Below, piece by piece: positions 39,636-53,700 of a DNA stretch of 64,000 nucleotides. The notes under the pieces were generated by a model. It was not told the DNA's origin and did not search any database. It saw only the letters and a program-made list of their open reading frames with translations. Source of the stretch: Chrysomallon squamiferum (lineage: Eukaryota; Animalia; Mollusca); the NCBI GenBank assembly GCA_012295275.1, contig CM022677.1, forward strand, positions 18,786,001-18,850,000, read 5' to 3'. The translations under genes and the position numbers were made by a program. Each line of letters begins with the position of its first letter. Position 1 is the first letter of the stretch.

Positions 39636-40212
39636 TAATAATAATAACAACAATAATAACAACAATAATAATAACAACAACAAAATAATGTTACAATACT
39701 CATAATAGTTATAATACTACTATAGTAATAATAACAATAATAATAGTAAAAGTAATACTAATAATAATAATAATACTGAATAATAATAATAACATAATAA
39801 GAAGAAGATTGATGATAATAAATAAATAAATAAATAAATGATTTATTTCTATTATTATTATTAGCAGTAGTATTAGTGTTAGTATTATAATTATTAATGC
39901 ATAAAATTTAGAAAAAAAATATTCAAATAACTACAAGAAGAAATTAAACAAAAAACTCAAATATATATATTTTTGGGGGAACAAATTAAAGAGGAACAAA
40001 CTAGAGAGATGGACAATAATAGCTTTAATTAAATTATATAAAGCGTATATTTTAAATGATAACTGATTTAAACACATAATCTAAATATCTTCAAAAATAA
40101 TAACATAACTCAAAGGTGGCAAATTAATTTTTATTTTCTATAATCAAGTTTTACAATAAATAAAAACAAAATAAAACAAAAACAAAAACCAATAATTTTT
40201 TTTTTTTTTTTT

Positions 40213-40269
<57 letters not shown>

Positions 40270-40866
40270 AATAATTAAAATAAATACTAAACACCTATCA
40301 GCAGCATTTGCATATTAAATCTAATTTACAAATATTCTAGACAGTAAAAAAAAAAAAAAAGGTGTACTAGAATTAATATTCAATATATTTGAAAGCACTA
40401 ATAATGGTTTGGCATTTTTATGTATATAAATCTCTATAATATATAAAGTACTATAAATATAATAATAATAATAGTAATACTTTCTTCAACAAAGACTAAA
40501 AAAAGTATCTGAATGTTTTCAAACTTCTGTTCCACTATTATGGAGGTTATGAGAAAAGAAAATTAATTTCTGCACAGGTTTGAAACTTTCATTTCTCTCT
40601 CAGTTTTCAAAAATATTATTTATCTCGATATTTTTGTCATTATTTTCATCACACCTTCAGCACGAACAAATAAATATCACAAATCGAGAACAACACAAAC
40701 AAGTAGCACCATTAATAACAGTTATAGTTATCTCCCTTACATAACTCTCTCACATTTTGTTTAACCTCTGTTTTTAAATATGAAACCGAAATATCTGTGA
40801 TAAAAATTAAAATTCATGCCTTGTTATGTTTAAAAATTAGTGAATTAATAAATAAACAAACAATCA

Positions 40867-40911
<45 letters not shown>

Positions 40912-42163
40912 GTATATATATATTCTATTTCTGAAATGAATCGTTGATTTCACATACAATTAACAATCATGTGAAATACATAACATTAAAATGTCAGCAA
41001 CTATTCTGGCCTTAGCCACAATTTCAAAAACAATTTTAAAATATATTTATCAAAAATACATCTCTTTTTTTTATTTCTTCCACATTAAAGCTTTGTCATA
41101 AAATGTCCATTTGTATATTTGTCTGTACATGTGTCTGTACAACATATTACAGCAATACAGTTTCAGACATCACAGTTTTTTTGGACAAAAAAAGTATTTC
41201 ATTTCAGAAATCTTAAATAATATAATAAATAATAATGTTATAGTCAATCTCCATGTTGGAGATTTGAACCAGGATTATCTGTGTGAAAATCCAAAGCTAT
41301 GTTTTAGAGGCATTATTTATTTACAGAACTGAAGTTAGTTAATACATGTTCATAATTATGCATGTGCATAACATGTTCCTTTTTTTTTTTTTATTTTTCT
41401 GTATAATATATCGTTAGCCTCAGATTTTATGTCATAAAGTTGCTTATTTCTTTCAGTGCATTTTAAATTAGGTTTTTAAATAAGCATGTAAATTTAAACC
41501 TTGTCTTTGGTTTTGTATTTTTGACAAGTAAAAGTGTAAATGATCTTTTTTTTTTTTTTTTTTTAATGTTTATTTTGTAATATATACTTTCATAACATTT
41601 TTCTGTTGTTTGTTCATGCATATTTTTAATATATATATACTCTTATAATTTGCTTTCTCTTTATTTTTCATCTTTATTGTATAATACATACTTCCATAAT
41701 TTTCTTTCTCTTTGATTTTTCATGTTTATTTTAAAATGCATAATGTTTATAAATTTAATGTTACTTTTCGTATTGGTTTCATAGTTCTGCTGTTACCAAG
41801 GTAACTTTGAAACATTAAAAGAAACCAAATTGTTATATTTTATGTCCACATTAAGATAACTCCATGAAAGCTTCAGGCAAAGCAACTAAAATAATAAAAA
41901 CAAAAAAAGGTCAAATTTGAAGGTTTAAGAATGATTTTTTTGAATATCATAATCATCTTGAGATTCTGTTTATGCAGAGCTTTGTGAATAATTAATTTTT
42001 GCTCGGGGTGTAAGTAATCACCAGTTTTGTCATTTCCTGTGGAATTTTCCAGTCATAATCGGGGAAGTCCAAGAACCATAACTCTAGACTGAATCTGTCC
42101 ATAACGACACAGTAAAGAGGCGTTATGATTTTGCGAATCTGTTTTAAACAGAGTTATGTTTCT

Positions 42164-42196
<33 letters not shown>

Positions 42197-42642
42197 TGTT
42201 TTATTCTTTTTGTTTGAAGGCCAGGTTACTGTAATATAATAGTTGGTTACACATTTCAACTAACTGTCGACATAGCCAGCAATCTGAGTTTAATTTTATT
42301 GTGGAACAGAAAAATAATGTTGGCCACATTTAAAAAAATAAAATAAAATGAAAAAAGATCCTCTCTAAAGAAATCACTTATAACACTATATATAACATTA
42401 TAAACACAAAGATAACATTTTTTAAAATAAAGATCGATGTTGAATAACATTAATGAAATTCACAGCCAAAAAAAAAAAAAAAAAAAAAAAAAAAATGCAT
42501 AGTAAGATAAAGTTCACATCTGAATACACAAAACATCATTTAAAGGAAATTAAGACTTAAAAACATTTGTAAATTGTACATAAATCGAATTCGCAGTCAA
42601 AGAGCTATATTTTGTACATTCTGACTGAATGAATGATTTAAG

Positions 42643-42678
<36 letters not shown>

Positions 42679-42956
42679 AAAAAAAATAAGGAGAAGAAGA
42701 ACAAAATGAACTGCATCTGTAACAAAAATTGCTGGCTACATATAAAAGAAAAAGAAAAACTTTAAGACAAAGTTAGTTGAAAATGTAAAAGAAAAATGAG
42801 CAAAAATTCAAAAGGCCTTGACCTTAATCTAACCTGGTCTTCAAACAATTAAGATTAAATCGTGGTTAAAGACAAAAATAGTTAGAAAGGGAGAAATCAT
42901 TGTCATATATTTTTTTTAATTTAGGTAGTATTTAATTAAAGGAGCTGAATGAATCA

Positions 42957-44322
42957 TTAAAAAAAACAAAAAAACAAAAAAACAAAAAAAACAATACAGT
43001 CTCCCTTAGAAATGCCTGGGTGTTGCCACGACAACGATATTCTTTCTTCTACGTCTTTTCGTTTCCCTCCAAGACTTCCAAGTCCAAACGACACGCCAGA
43101 GTCTTTCTTCGTTTTTCTGTTCGCATCTCTCCTGTTGGTTGTCTCCCCTGTTTCGCCGTCCGAATCATCACTTTGATCGACAGAAGTGAAATCTGTCGAC
43201 CTGTCTTTGACGACGCGGGCGATTCAGTAAGCACTTTGTGTTGTCTCGTTTGATTGGCTGACTGGCCTTTCACAGGTATGGAAGAAGCCGTATGATTGGC
43301 TGACTGCTGGACGAGGTCTTCAGACTGAGGTTTTCTGCCGATTGCTGTTCCCGTAGCTCCCGCTGATGAATTTTCGTCTGTTTTTCCGACTGAAGTTTCT
43401 TCCTCTTCTTTCTCATCTTTTTCGACTTCACTGCCTGCGCTGATTCGGCTTCGCTTGCACTTGTCAGGGACAACGCACCTGCAGCGACTGAGTCGGCGGT
43501 ATTCTTTGGGTCTTTTTGTCTTCCGCGCGATCTGGATCGTCCTCGCTTGCTCTTAATTGGAATATAGAGAAGGTTCTTTTCCGGGACTTGAGTCGCAGGG
43601 GTCTTTTTCACTTCTGACTCCTCTTTCACTAATGATCTTCTGCCCTGACGCTCCTTTGTCGTTGAAGAAAAGACGTTATCTGAATCAGAACCCGGCGACC
43701 AAGGACATTTAGAAATAACCGTGTCCTTCGAATCAGCTGCTTCACGAGAAGGTCCCGAAATCATCTTTGTTTCTGAGTCCATTTTCGCTAAGGAACCTGA
43801 GATCTGATATCTTTCTGTCACAGGAGAAAAGCAGCGTCTGAATCAGACATCGGTGACCACGTGTCCTTGGGAACACCGACTTCTTTAGAATGTTTCTGAA
43901 GACTCCACGATGGAAAGAAGTCTGGTGGAATAGAATCCAGAAATCCGGGTCCCGTTAATTCAGATCGCTGTCTGACAGATGATTCGCGCTGATCATTTCT
44001 GTGTATAGTCTTTTGGTCTTGATCCAGAACTGACAGAGAACTTGGTCTATCAATCCCTTCACACGCAAGGACGCGATATCAGAATGTAGTCCTGATCCTC
44101 CTGCTCCTGATGGGTGTAAATCTGATATGACTTGGATTTGTATATCAGATTTCGATGTTTCTACATCGCTGGATGTTCTGTCCTGAGAGATTCCACTCGA
44201 TGTTAATTCGTCAGGTGGAGGTTTTGGTTTCTTGGTTTTCTTCTTCTTTCCTGGTTTTGTTGTCTTCATGCTTTTGCTGTCTGTGGCATCAGTTAATGGC
44301 AAAGACTGGACAGCATCCGAAG
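42957..44322 (-). CDS. Last coding exon of the giant acidic protein gene: Ser/Lys/Arg-rich basic tail; about four 1-nt frameshifts; stop position uncertain
   Basis: ctcAG acceptor 44323-44324 in phase with donor 44710-44709; coding-like composition continues across ORFs 44302, 43821, 43273 after -1 corrections near 44070, 43828, 43293, 43207. Confidence 0.65.
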
Positions 44323-44373
44323 CTGAGAAAAGATTATTATAGAAAAATGTATTTTAATTGTGATTATAAGGAA

Positions 44374-44434
<61 letters not shown>

Positions 44435-44710
44435 TAATAATAGAGAAATCGTTTCTGAAAAAATGAGTATGTATGTATGTATGTATGCACGTATGTATAT
44501 GTATGTGTATATATGTATATGTGTATAATATGTAATTATCTATGTGTGTAGAAATATACCCATATATACACCCACAATGATGTATTTGTATAAACATTCA
44601 TACAAAAAAATATATGTGCGTGTGTGTGTGTGTGTGTGCTCTGACATGAATCAAATATTCATTTTTTTTGTTAGAAATTATTTCTCGATATATAAATATA
44701 TTTCACTCAC

Positions 44711-47700
44711 CTGTTTTCTTGTCATTCTCTTCCTTGTCAGCTGTTTCTTTCGTCGTTTCTGTCTTCTCTGTTGTAGGTTTCGTTTTCTTCTTTATGGCTC
44801 CTTTTGAATCCATTTGTGTTGGGTCACCAGACTCAGTTCCAGTTTTTACAACCTCGCTGGATCGTATTCCTGGCTCTGTTACTTCACTAGACTGTGCTCC
44901 AGGCTCTGGCGCCTCACTAGACTGTATTCCAGTTTGTAAGTCTTCACTGGTGCGTATTTCAGGTTTTGATACCTCACTGTACTGCATGACAGACTCAGTC
45001 GTTTCAATAGAACACTTCATAGATATAGATTCTGATTTATCAGCAACAGCTTCAGAAGTCTTTACTCCAGAAGGGGTTTGTCGAGATGTTGACGATTCTT
45101 GATTTTCTACAAACGTGCCTGTCTGCAAAACAGTTGAAGTTTTAGATTCAAGCGAAGAACCACTATCTTCACTCTTCTTGCTTTTCTTCTTCTTCTTCTT
45201 CTTACTCTTCATAGCAGGTTTCATCTCTTCTTCTTTCTCCAGACCTGTGTATACACCTGCTGATTTCCCGTCCTTCTCCTCCTGGTCTTCTTCTCTGGAA
45301 GGTTCACTGTCCAGGACAATGTGAGGCTGTCTCTCTAAGCTTGGTTTGACTGACTGGTGACTGTGATATTCGTGGGAAGCTTTGAATGTGAAGATTTTTC
45401 CAGTGAGCGAATCTGCTTCAGAAGCGGTGTCTGTGGAATCACTGCAGAGGACAGCAAAAGTGTTTCTGATGGACAGAGATTGTGTCGACTCGAAGTCTTC
45501 ATCTAACTCAGTTTTGCTTATCTCTTCAGGTCTCTCTTCTGAAACATCTGCTTCCAGACTTTGCTCCGGTCTTTCTGTAGCTATTTGTGCTTCCCCTGAC
45601 AAACTCACGTTTACTTCTTTATCTGACAGAACAGGAGCCTTTTCTCGGTCATAAGGTCCTTCATGTAGATCATCATCTTTTCCTTTTTGTGATTCCTCAT
45701 CTGGTAGTCCAGCACTTGATTCCTTTTCTGATAGGTTTGTGTCTGGCTCTTCTTCTGGATGAATAGCATTTGTTGTCAATGAGTCTTCACTACTCACTAC
45801 ACTATATTCATCTTCCTTTATGGATTCAGCTGTTAATAATCTCAGATTTTCCACTCTTAATGTTTTATCAACAGATTTTTCTCTCTCTGATCTTCGCCCT
45901 TCATCTTTCTCGATTTCATGAATGGTTATTGTTTCATTTGCGTCTTGAGTATCATCGTGGTGTTCCTCTTTCACGTCGGAGAGACTGCCAGACATTGTTC
46001 TTCTAGGAAAGGATGGGAACCTCGACAGTCTCTGTCGTGCAGGTGACTGCGGTTTTTCTTCATTTCCAGTAAAAATATCATCGCCGTCGTCCAACACACC
46101 AATCTCCGCAGTCCAGTCCACCTCTTCTGTGACACCTGACAGAGTAGCGGACATTGTTCTTTGGTAGAGTGAAGGAATCCTTGGTCTTCTGTTTTCTGAT
46201 TCTTTGACGTTTTCAGAAGAATCGACACCTTCAGGTGTCTTGATGTCCTGACTTTCTGAGGATCCAGTCAACCTTTGATCTTTCTTTGCTGCGGAGTCTA
46301 ACGAAGTTTGGTCCTTACTCTCTGAGGATTGTGATGGATCGTATTCCACACAGGGATGATGGTCCACTGTTTCAAAGCATTCCATCGGATCCTGAGTTAT
46401 TACCGGTAAACCTGGCTTTCTTTCCTCTTTCTTTTCACATTCCACGTTAGACGTGAATACCCAGTCATCATCAGTCGATTCGTCGAAGTCTATGTCAGCT
46501 CTTACGTCTTCGTCCGTGTTGTCGGCTACGACGGCATCACACCGGGCATCCTCGGAGTCTGATGCAGTTGCAGAGGTTGGAGTAGTAGAGGGTCTGCTAC
46601 TTGTGTCTCTGCTGACGTCATCGCAGAAACGTGTTTCAGATGGTTCTCGTTTTGTTGTGTCAGCATCCATTTCATCTGGTGTATGAACCGTTTCTACGTG
46701 GCTCAATGGAGCCGTCGCCGTTGTTTCCGTCGTCAACTTCAGGATGTATGGAATACCTTCGGAATCAGACGGAGATGTTATTGTGGCCGTTGACGCAACG
46801 TCTTTCTCCGATTCTAAATCTGACAGTGGAACTTTTTCATCCTTTACAACATCAACATCAGCGTCAGCGTCTTTGAAATCAGCAGTTTCCTCGACATCAG
46901 GGATGTAGAAAACTGGACGCTTGACGTCGGCATCAAAAACTTCAGCAACGAGGTATTCAGCTTCCGTCGTTGAAATACTTTCTGATGTTTGACTGTCAGA
47001 GGTTTTTCCACTGGGTATTTGACTGTCAGAGGTTTTAACGCTTGGCGACTGACTGTCAGAGGTTTTTGCACTAACCGGAGATAAATCTGTTTGAACTGCA
47101 ACAATTTCTTCGCTAACCGTAATGTCTTTTTGATCTTCAGCTACGGTCACTTCTTGTTGAATTTCAGCTTCTGTAGCAAACGTCTCTTCTCCTGAGATTT
47201 TCCTTCATCTCCGACGTCTGTAACAATTCTACCATCGCCTAAAATTTGCGATTCATCTCGAACATTGTAGTCAGTTTCGCCTTCATCTTCGTCTTTGAAA
47301 TCTACTAAAATCTCTGGCTGGTCTATCTCAGATTTCTCTTCTGACAGCATTTCTGTTTGATCTTCAACTTCTGTGAATGTTTTCTCTTCTGACAGCATTT
47401 CTGTTTGATCTTCAAGATCTATAACTGTTTTCTCTTCTGACAGCATTTCTGTTTGATCTTCAAGATCTATAACTGTTTTCTCTTCTGACAGCATTTCTGT
47501 TTGATCTTCAAGATCTGTGACTGTTTTCTCTTCTGACAGCATTTCTGTTTGATCTTCAAGATCTATAACTGTTTTCTCTTCTGACAGCATTTCTGTTTGA
47601 TCTTCAACTTCTGTGAATGAATTCTCTTCTGACAGCATTTCTGTTTGACCTTCAACTTCTGTGAATGTTTTCTCTTCTGACAGCATTTCTGTTTGATCTT

Positions 47701-50700
47701 CAAGTTCTAGAACGATTTTCTCTTCAGTTTCTGTGACTGTTTCCTTCTCTGTTACAATTTCCGAACCTTCTGAAATTGTTCCTTGACTTTCATCATCAGT
47801 GACAATTTTTTCAAATTCTGAAATTTGTGTCATATCTTGAACATCCATGACAAATTGGTTTTTATCTTCTTCTTTGAGAATTTTCTCTTCTGTCACAGTT
47901 TCCTTTTCATCATCAATCAAGATCTCATTTACTTTTTGATCTTCAGTATCTGTGATACATTTTTCATCTGATGAAAGTTCTTTTTGATCTTCAGAATCTA
48001 CGAATATTTTATCTTCAGAATCCATTACATCGATTGGAAATTCTCTCTTCTCTTCAAGAGATGTGACAACTTCGTGCTGTCCTTCAATATGTCTGACAAC
48101 TTCCTCACCTGACTGACGAGTTAAGTGAGAATCAGAATCTGAAGAATGGTCCTCACATTCAGAAAGATTCTCTTTTAGTGAATGTTTCGATTCCTGGACG
48201 TGCCCCTGATCTTTCACCAGATGCTCCTCCTTGTGATCTACTGCAGATTCTACTTCACGTTTCCTTTCTTTTAACTCTTCTGCAGGAGCTGCTTCGGCAG
48301 CCGGTTCGTCAAAATTTAACAGATCTTGGAATGCGTCTTCAAACTTTGGTTCACACTCATAGTCCGAGTGGAAAGATTTTATCAACGAACTGACGTCAGC
48401 TTGTTCTCCAGAAGCTGTCTGGACGTCAGTAAGCCAGCTCACGACGTCAGAGTAGTTCGGCTCGTCTACTGGAGTTATGTCCTCAAGGTCTTCTTGACCT
48501 TCAATCTGTCCTCGAGAACCTAATTCATCTACGTCATTAGATTTGCTGTCCTTGCTGATGTCTTTTGAAGTTTCTGTTTCAGATATCTGATTATAGACGC
48601 TCGTTTCTTTGTAATACTCTTCTCTGTCCTGATCAGGTATTCCTTCTGGTTCTTTGTACTGGACATTAGATGTTTTCAAAGAAATTTCACCGAGAGTGGA
48701 CTGCTTTTGTGACAAATCAATGGACCCATACGAATATTCCATGTCTTCAGTTTCAGGATTATACGTAGCGATTAGCCACTCACGCTCAGAATCTTGTGAA
48801 CTCTCTAAACTGATCTTCTCCTTTGTCTCGTCCGTCTCTCTGATGACTTCAGTGCTGTCAGTTTTCCACAGACTTTTCTCATCTTCTTTAACAAACTCTT
48901 CTCTGTGATCTGTGGTTAGCTCAGCTTCAGGAATATGAGTAGCAGCAGATGGTTCAGGATCTTCAGAAATCAGCGATGTTTCGGTTTTAATATCGACTTC
49001 ATTTTCTTCTTTAACTTCTGTTGTAATTTCAGTTTCTTGTTCAACATCTGCTGTGATTTCAGTTTCTTGTTCAACATATGTTTTAAGTTCAGTTTCTTGT
49101 TCAACATCTATTGCAATTTCACTTCCTTTTTCAGAATCTGTTGTGATTTCAGTTTCTTGCTGAACATCTGCTGTGATTTCAGTTTCCTGTTCAACATCAG
49201 TTGTAATTTCAGTTTCTTGCTGAACATCTGCTCTGATTTCAGTTTCTTGTTCAGCATCTGTTTTAAGTTCAGTTTCTTTTTCAGAATCTGTTGTGGTTTC
49301 AGTTTCTTGTTCAGAATCTGCTGTGATTTCAGTTTCTTGCTGAACATCAGTTGTAATTTCAGTTTCTTGCTGAATATCTGCTGTGATTTCGGTTTCTTGC
49401 TGAACATCAGTTGCAATTTCACTTTCTTGCTGAACATCTGCTGTGATTTCAGTTTCTTGCTGAATATCTGTTGTGATTTCAGTTTCTTGCTGAACGTCAG
49501 TTGCAATTTGAGTTTCTTGCTGAACATCTGCTGTGATTTCGGTTTCTTGCTGAACATCTATTGTGATTTCGGTTTCCTGTTTAACTACTGTTGTGATTTC
49601 AGTTTCTTGTTCAACATCTGTTGTGATTTCGGTTTCCTCTTCAAAATCAGTTGTGATTTCAGTTTCTTGCTGAACATCTGCTGTGATTTCAGTTTCTTGC
49701 TGAACGTCAGTTCTAATTTCAGTTTCTTGATCAACATGTGTAGTGATTTCAGGTTCTTGTTCAACAGGAGTTGCAATTTCAGTTTCCTGTTGAAAATCTG
49801 TTCCGATTTCAGTTTCTTGCAGAACATCTTCTGTGATTTCGGTTTCCTGTTTAACTACTGTAGTGATTTCAGTTTCTTGTTCAGCTTCTGTTGTGATTTC
49901 AGTTTCTTGCTGAACATCTGCTGTGATTTCAGTTTCTTGTTCAACATCTGTTTTAAGTTCAGTTTCTTTTTCAGAATGCGCTGTGATTTCAGTTTCCTGC
50001 TGAACATCTGTTGTGATTTCAGTTTCTTGTTCAACATCTGTTTTAAGTTCAGTTTCTTTTTCAGAATCTGCTGTGATTTCAGTTTCTTGTTCAACATCTC
50101 CTGTGATTTCAGTTTCTTGTTCAGCATCTGTTGTGATTTCAGTTTCTTGTTCAACGTCAGTTGTGATTTCAGTTTCCTGTTCAGCATCAGTTGTACTTTC
50201 AGTTTCTTGCTGAACATCTGCTATGATTTCAGTTTCTTGTTCAACATCTGTTTTAAGTTCAGTTTCTTGTTCAGAATCTGCTGTGATTTCAGTTTCTTGC
50301 TGAACATCTGCTGTGATTTCGGTTTCCTGTTTAACTACTGTTGTGATTTCAGTTTCTTGTTCAGCTTCTGTTGTGATTTCAGTTTCTTGCTGAACATCTG
50401 CTGTGACTTCAGTTTCTTGTTCAACATCTGTTTTGAGTTCAGTTTCTTGTTCAGGATCTGCTGTGGTTTCAATTTCTTGCTGAACATCTGCTGTGATTTC
50501 AGTTTCTTGCTGAACGTCAGTTGTAATTTCAGTTTCCTGTTTAACATCTGTTCCGATTTCAGTTTCTTGCTGAACATCTGCTGTGATTTCGGTTTCCTGT
50601 TTAACTACTGTTGTGATTTCAGTTTCTTGTTCAGCTTCTGTTGTGATTTCAGTTTCTTGTTCAACATCTCTTTTAAGTTCAGTTTCTTTTTCAGAATGTG

Positions 50701-53700
50701 CTGTGATTTCAGTTTCTTGCTGAACATCTGTTGTGATTTCAGTTTCTTGTTCAACATCTGTTGTGATTTCTGTTTCCTGTTCAAAGTCAGTTGTGATTTT
50801 ATTTTCTTGCTGAACATCTGCTGTGATTTCAGTTTCTTGTTCAACATCTGTTTTAAGTTCAGTTTCTTTTTCAGAATCTGCTGTGATTTCAGTTTCTTGT
50901 TCAACATCTCCTGTGATTTCAGTTTCTTGTTCAGCATCTGTTGTGATTTCAGTTTCTTGTTCAACGTCAGTTGTGATTTCAGTTTCCTGTTCAGCATCAG
51001 TTGTACTTTCAGTTTCTTGCTGAACATCTGCTATGATTTCAGTTTCTTGTTCAACATCTGTTTTAAGTTCAGTTTCTTGTTCAGAATCTGCTGTGATTTC
51101 AGTTTCTTGCTGAACATCTGCTGTGATTTCTGTTTCCTGTTCAACGTAAGTTGTAATTTCAATTTCTTGTTCAGAATCTGTTGTGATTTCAGGTTTTTGC
51201 TTTACATCATCAGCTGTGATTTCAGTTTCTTTTTCAACGTCTTCTGTAATTTCAGTTTCCTGTTCAACATCTGTTTTGAGTTCAGTTTCTTGTTCAACAT
51301 CTATTGCAATTTCAGTTTCTTGTTCAGAATCTGCTGTGATTTTAGTTTCTTGCTGAACGTCTGCTCTGATTTCAGTTTCTTGCTGAACATCTGTTTTAAG
51401 TTCAGTTTCTTGTTGAGAATCTGTTGTGATTTCAGTTTCTTGTTCAAAATCTGCTTTGATTTCAGTTTCTTGCTGAACATCTGTTGTGATTTCAGTTTCT
51501 TGTTCAGCATATGTTGTGATTTCTGTTTCCTGTTCAACGGCAGTTGCTATTTCAGTTACTTGTTCAGAATCTGCTGTGATTTCAGTTTCTTGCTGAACAT
51601 CTGTTGTGATTTCAGTTTCTTTTTCAACATCAGTTATGATTTCTGTTTCCTGTTCAACGTTAGTTGTGATTTCAGTTTCTTGTTCAACATCTGCTGTGAT
51701 GTGAGTTCCTGGCTCAACATCTGCCTCGATTTCAGTCTGTTGTTCAATAGCAGTTGTGATTTCTACTCCTTGTTGAACATCTGTTGTGATTTCAATTTCT
51801 TGTTCAAAATCTGCCTTAATTTCAGGTTCTTGTTCATTAGCTGTTGTTATTTCAGTTTCTTGCTCAACATCTGTTGTAATTTCAGTTTCTTTTTCATCAG
51901 CTGTTGTGATTTTAGTTTCTTTTTCAACATCTGTTGTGATGTCAGTTTCTTGTTTTACAACATCTGTTGTCATTTCAGTTTCTTGTTTTACAACATCTGT
52001 GGTCATTTCAGTTTCTTGTTCAACATCTGTTGTGCTTTCAGTTTCTTGTTCGAAATCTGCCTTAATTTCAGTTTCTGTTTCATCAGCTGTTGTGATTTCA
52101 GTTTCTTTCTGAACATCTGCTGTCATTTCAGTCTCTTGTTCAACATCTGCTGTAATTTCAGTTTCTTGTTCATCAGCTGTTGTGATTTCAGTTTCTTTCT
52201 GAACATCCGTTGTGATTTCAGTCTCTTGTTCAACATCCGTTGTGATTTCAGTTTCTTTCTGAACATCTCTTGTCATTTCAGTTTCTTGTTCAACATCTGG
52301 TGTGATTTCAGTTTCTTGTTCAACATCTGGTGTGATTTCAGTTTTCTGATCAACATCTGTTGTAATTTCTCTTTTATACTCTTCTGTATGTTGTTCAGTA
52401 ACTTTTATCATTTCAATTTCCTGCTGAAAATATATAGTATCTTTAGTTTCTTTCTGTTCAGCATCACTGGGTGCAGTTCCACCAGATTTTCCTTTAGCAG
52501 CAGACCTTTTTGGATCCTCGTCAGTTCGTTTACTAATATGATCAGATCCGTCCTGAAATTCATCTGCACCATCTTCAACGTCCTCATCAGCGTCGCTGAC
52601 GTCACTGTAAGTTACTTCTATCATGAATTTTCGTGGTCCTTTCATAAACTGCTCTCTGTGGTCTATTTCTTGCTCAAGACCAGCTACAATTTGATCTTGT
52701 TCTTCAGGTGCTTTTGAATCAGGAATATCACACACCTGGTCTGTTTCTTGTCCAGTTTCGTCTAAAATTTTGCTTTCAGAATCTGTTGGAATGGCACGGG
52801 CTACTTCCAGAACAGTGTCCATGAAAGTGCCTGCCTCCTGGGGTAATACAGTTACTTGTTCCATATCGGGTCCAGTTAAACTTCCTTCTTCAGACGTTCT
52901 GTCTTCTGTGTCTGCAGATACATCAACAACTTCAGCTGCTTCTGTTTGCGTTTCCTCTGCTTCTTTAGTTTCTGTTTCTGTCGTAATATCGTGAATTATG
53001 TCTACAGATATATCGTCTTGTCTTTCATGGATTTCAGTTTCAACAGTTCCGTGTTCTGTAGATATTATTTCAGACACTTCGCCAGGATCATGCTGGATTC
53101 CGGGAACTCGTGTGTTCTCTGCGTCTGCTTGAAGTTCACTCTCTCCGTCTGTTTCATTGATGATGTCACTTTCACTTACAAGTTCCTCTTTACGGTCTAT
53201 CTCGTCTTCTTTGCCTTCTGTTTCTATTAGCAACGCGTCACTCATGACGTCACTTTTACCTACAGGTTCTTCTTCATGGTCTATATTTTCTTTTGCTGAT
53301 TCTGCTGTCCCTGTGGGCAACGCATCATAGATGACGTCACTTTCTCTTACAAATGTTTCTTCATGATCTATCTTATTTTCTGCCGATTCTGATATCTCTG
53401 TGGGCAACGCATCGTGAGATGACTTCACTTTGTAAATTGCTCTTTACGAAATGTCTCTTCTTCTTTGATCAATCTCATTTTCTGCTGTTTCTGCTTCTGT
53501 CTCTGTGGGCAACGCATCACAGATGACGTCACTTTCACTTGCAAATTCCTCTTTACGATCTATCTCTTCTTCTTTGCATTCTGTTTCTCTGGGCAAAGCA
53601 TCGTAGATGACGTCACTTTCACTTACAGATTCTTCTTCTTGATCTACATTTTCTTCTGCTGATTCTGCTGTCTCTCTGGGCAACGCATCACTTATGACGT

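Noticed and set aside
48935-52717. 1260-aa Cys/Phe-rich + strand ORF (CCDFSFLLNI)n
   Set aside because: It is codon-registered antisense to the 2093-aa ORF. Stops there need sense TTA/CTA/TCA codons, which the Leu/Ser-poor repeat lacks, so it is a shadow ORF. The same applies to 53726-54286 and the K/Q-rich alternative-frame ORFs.
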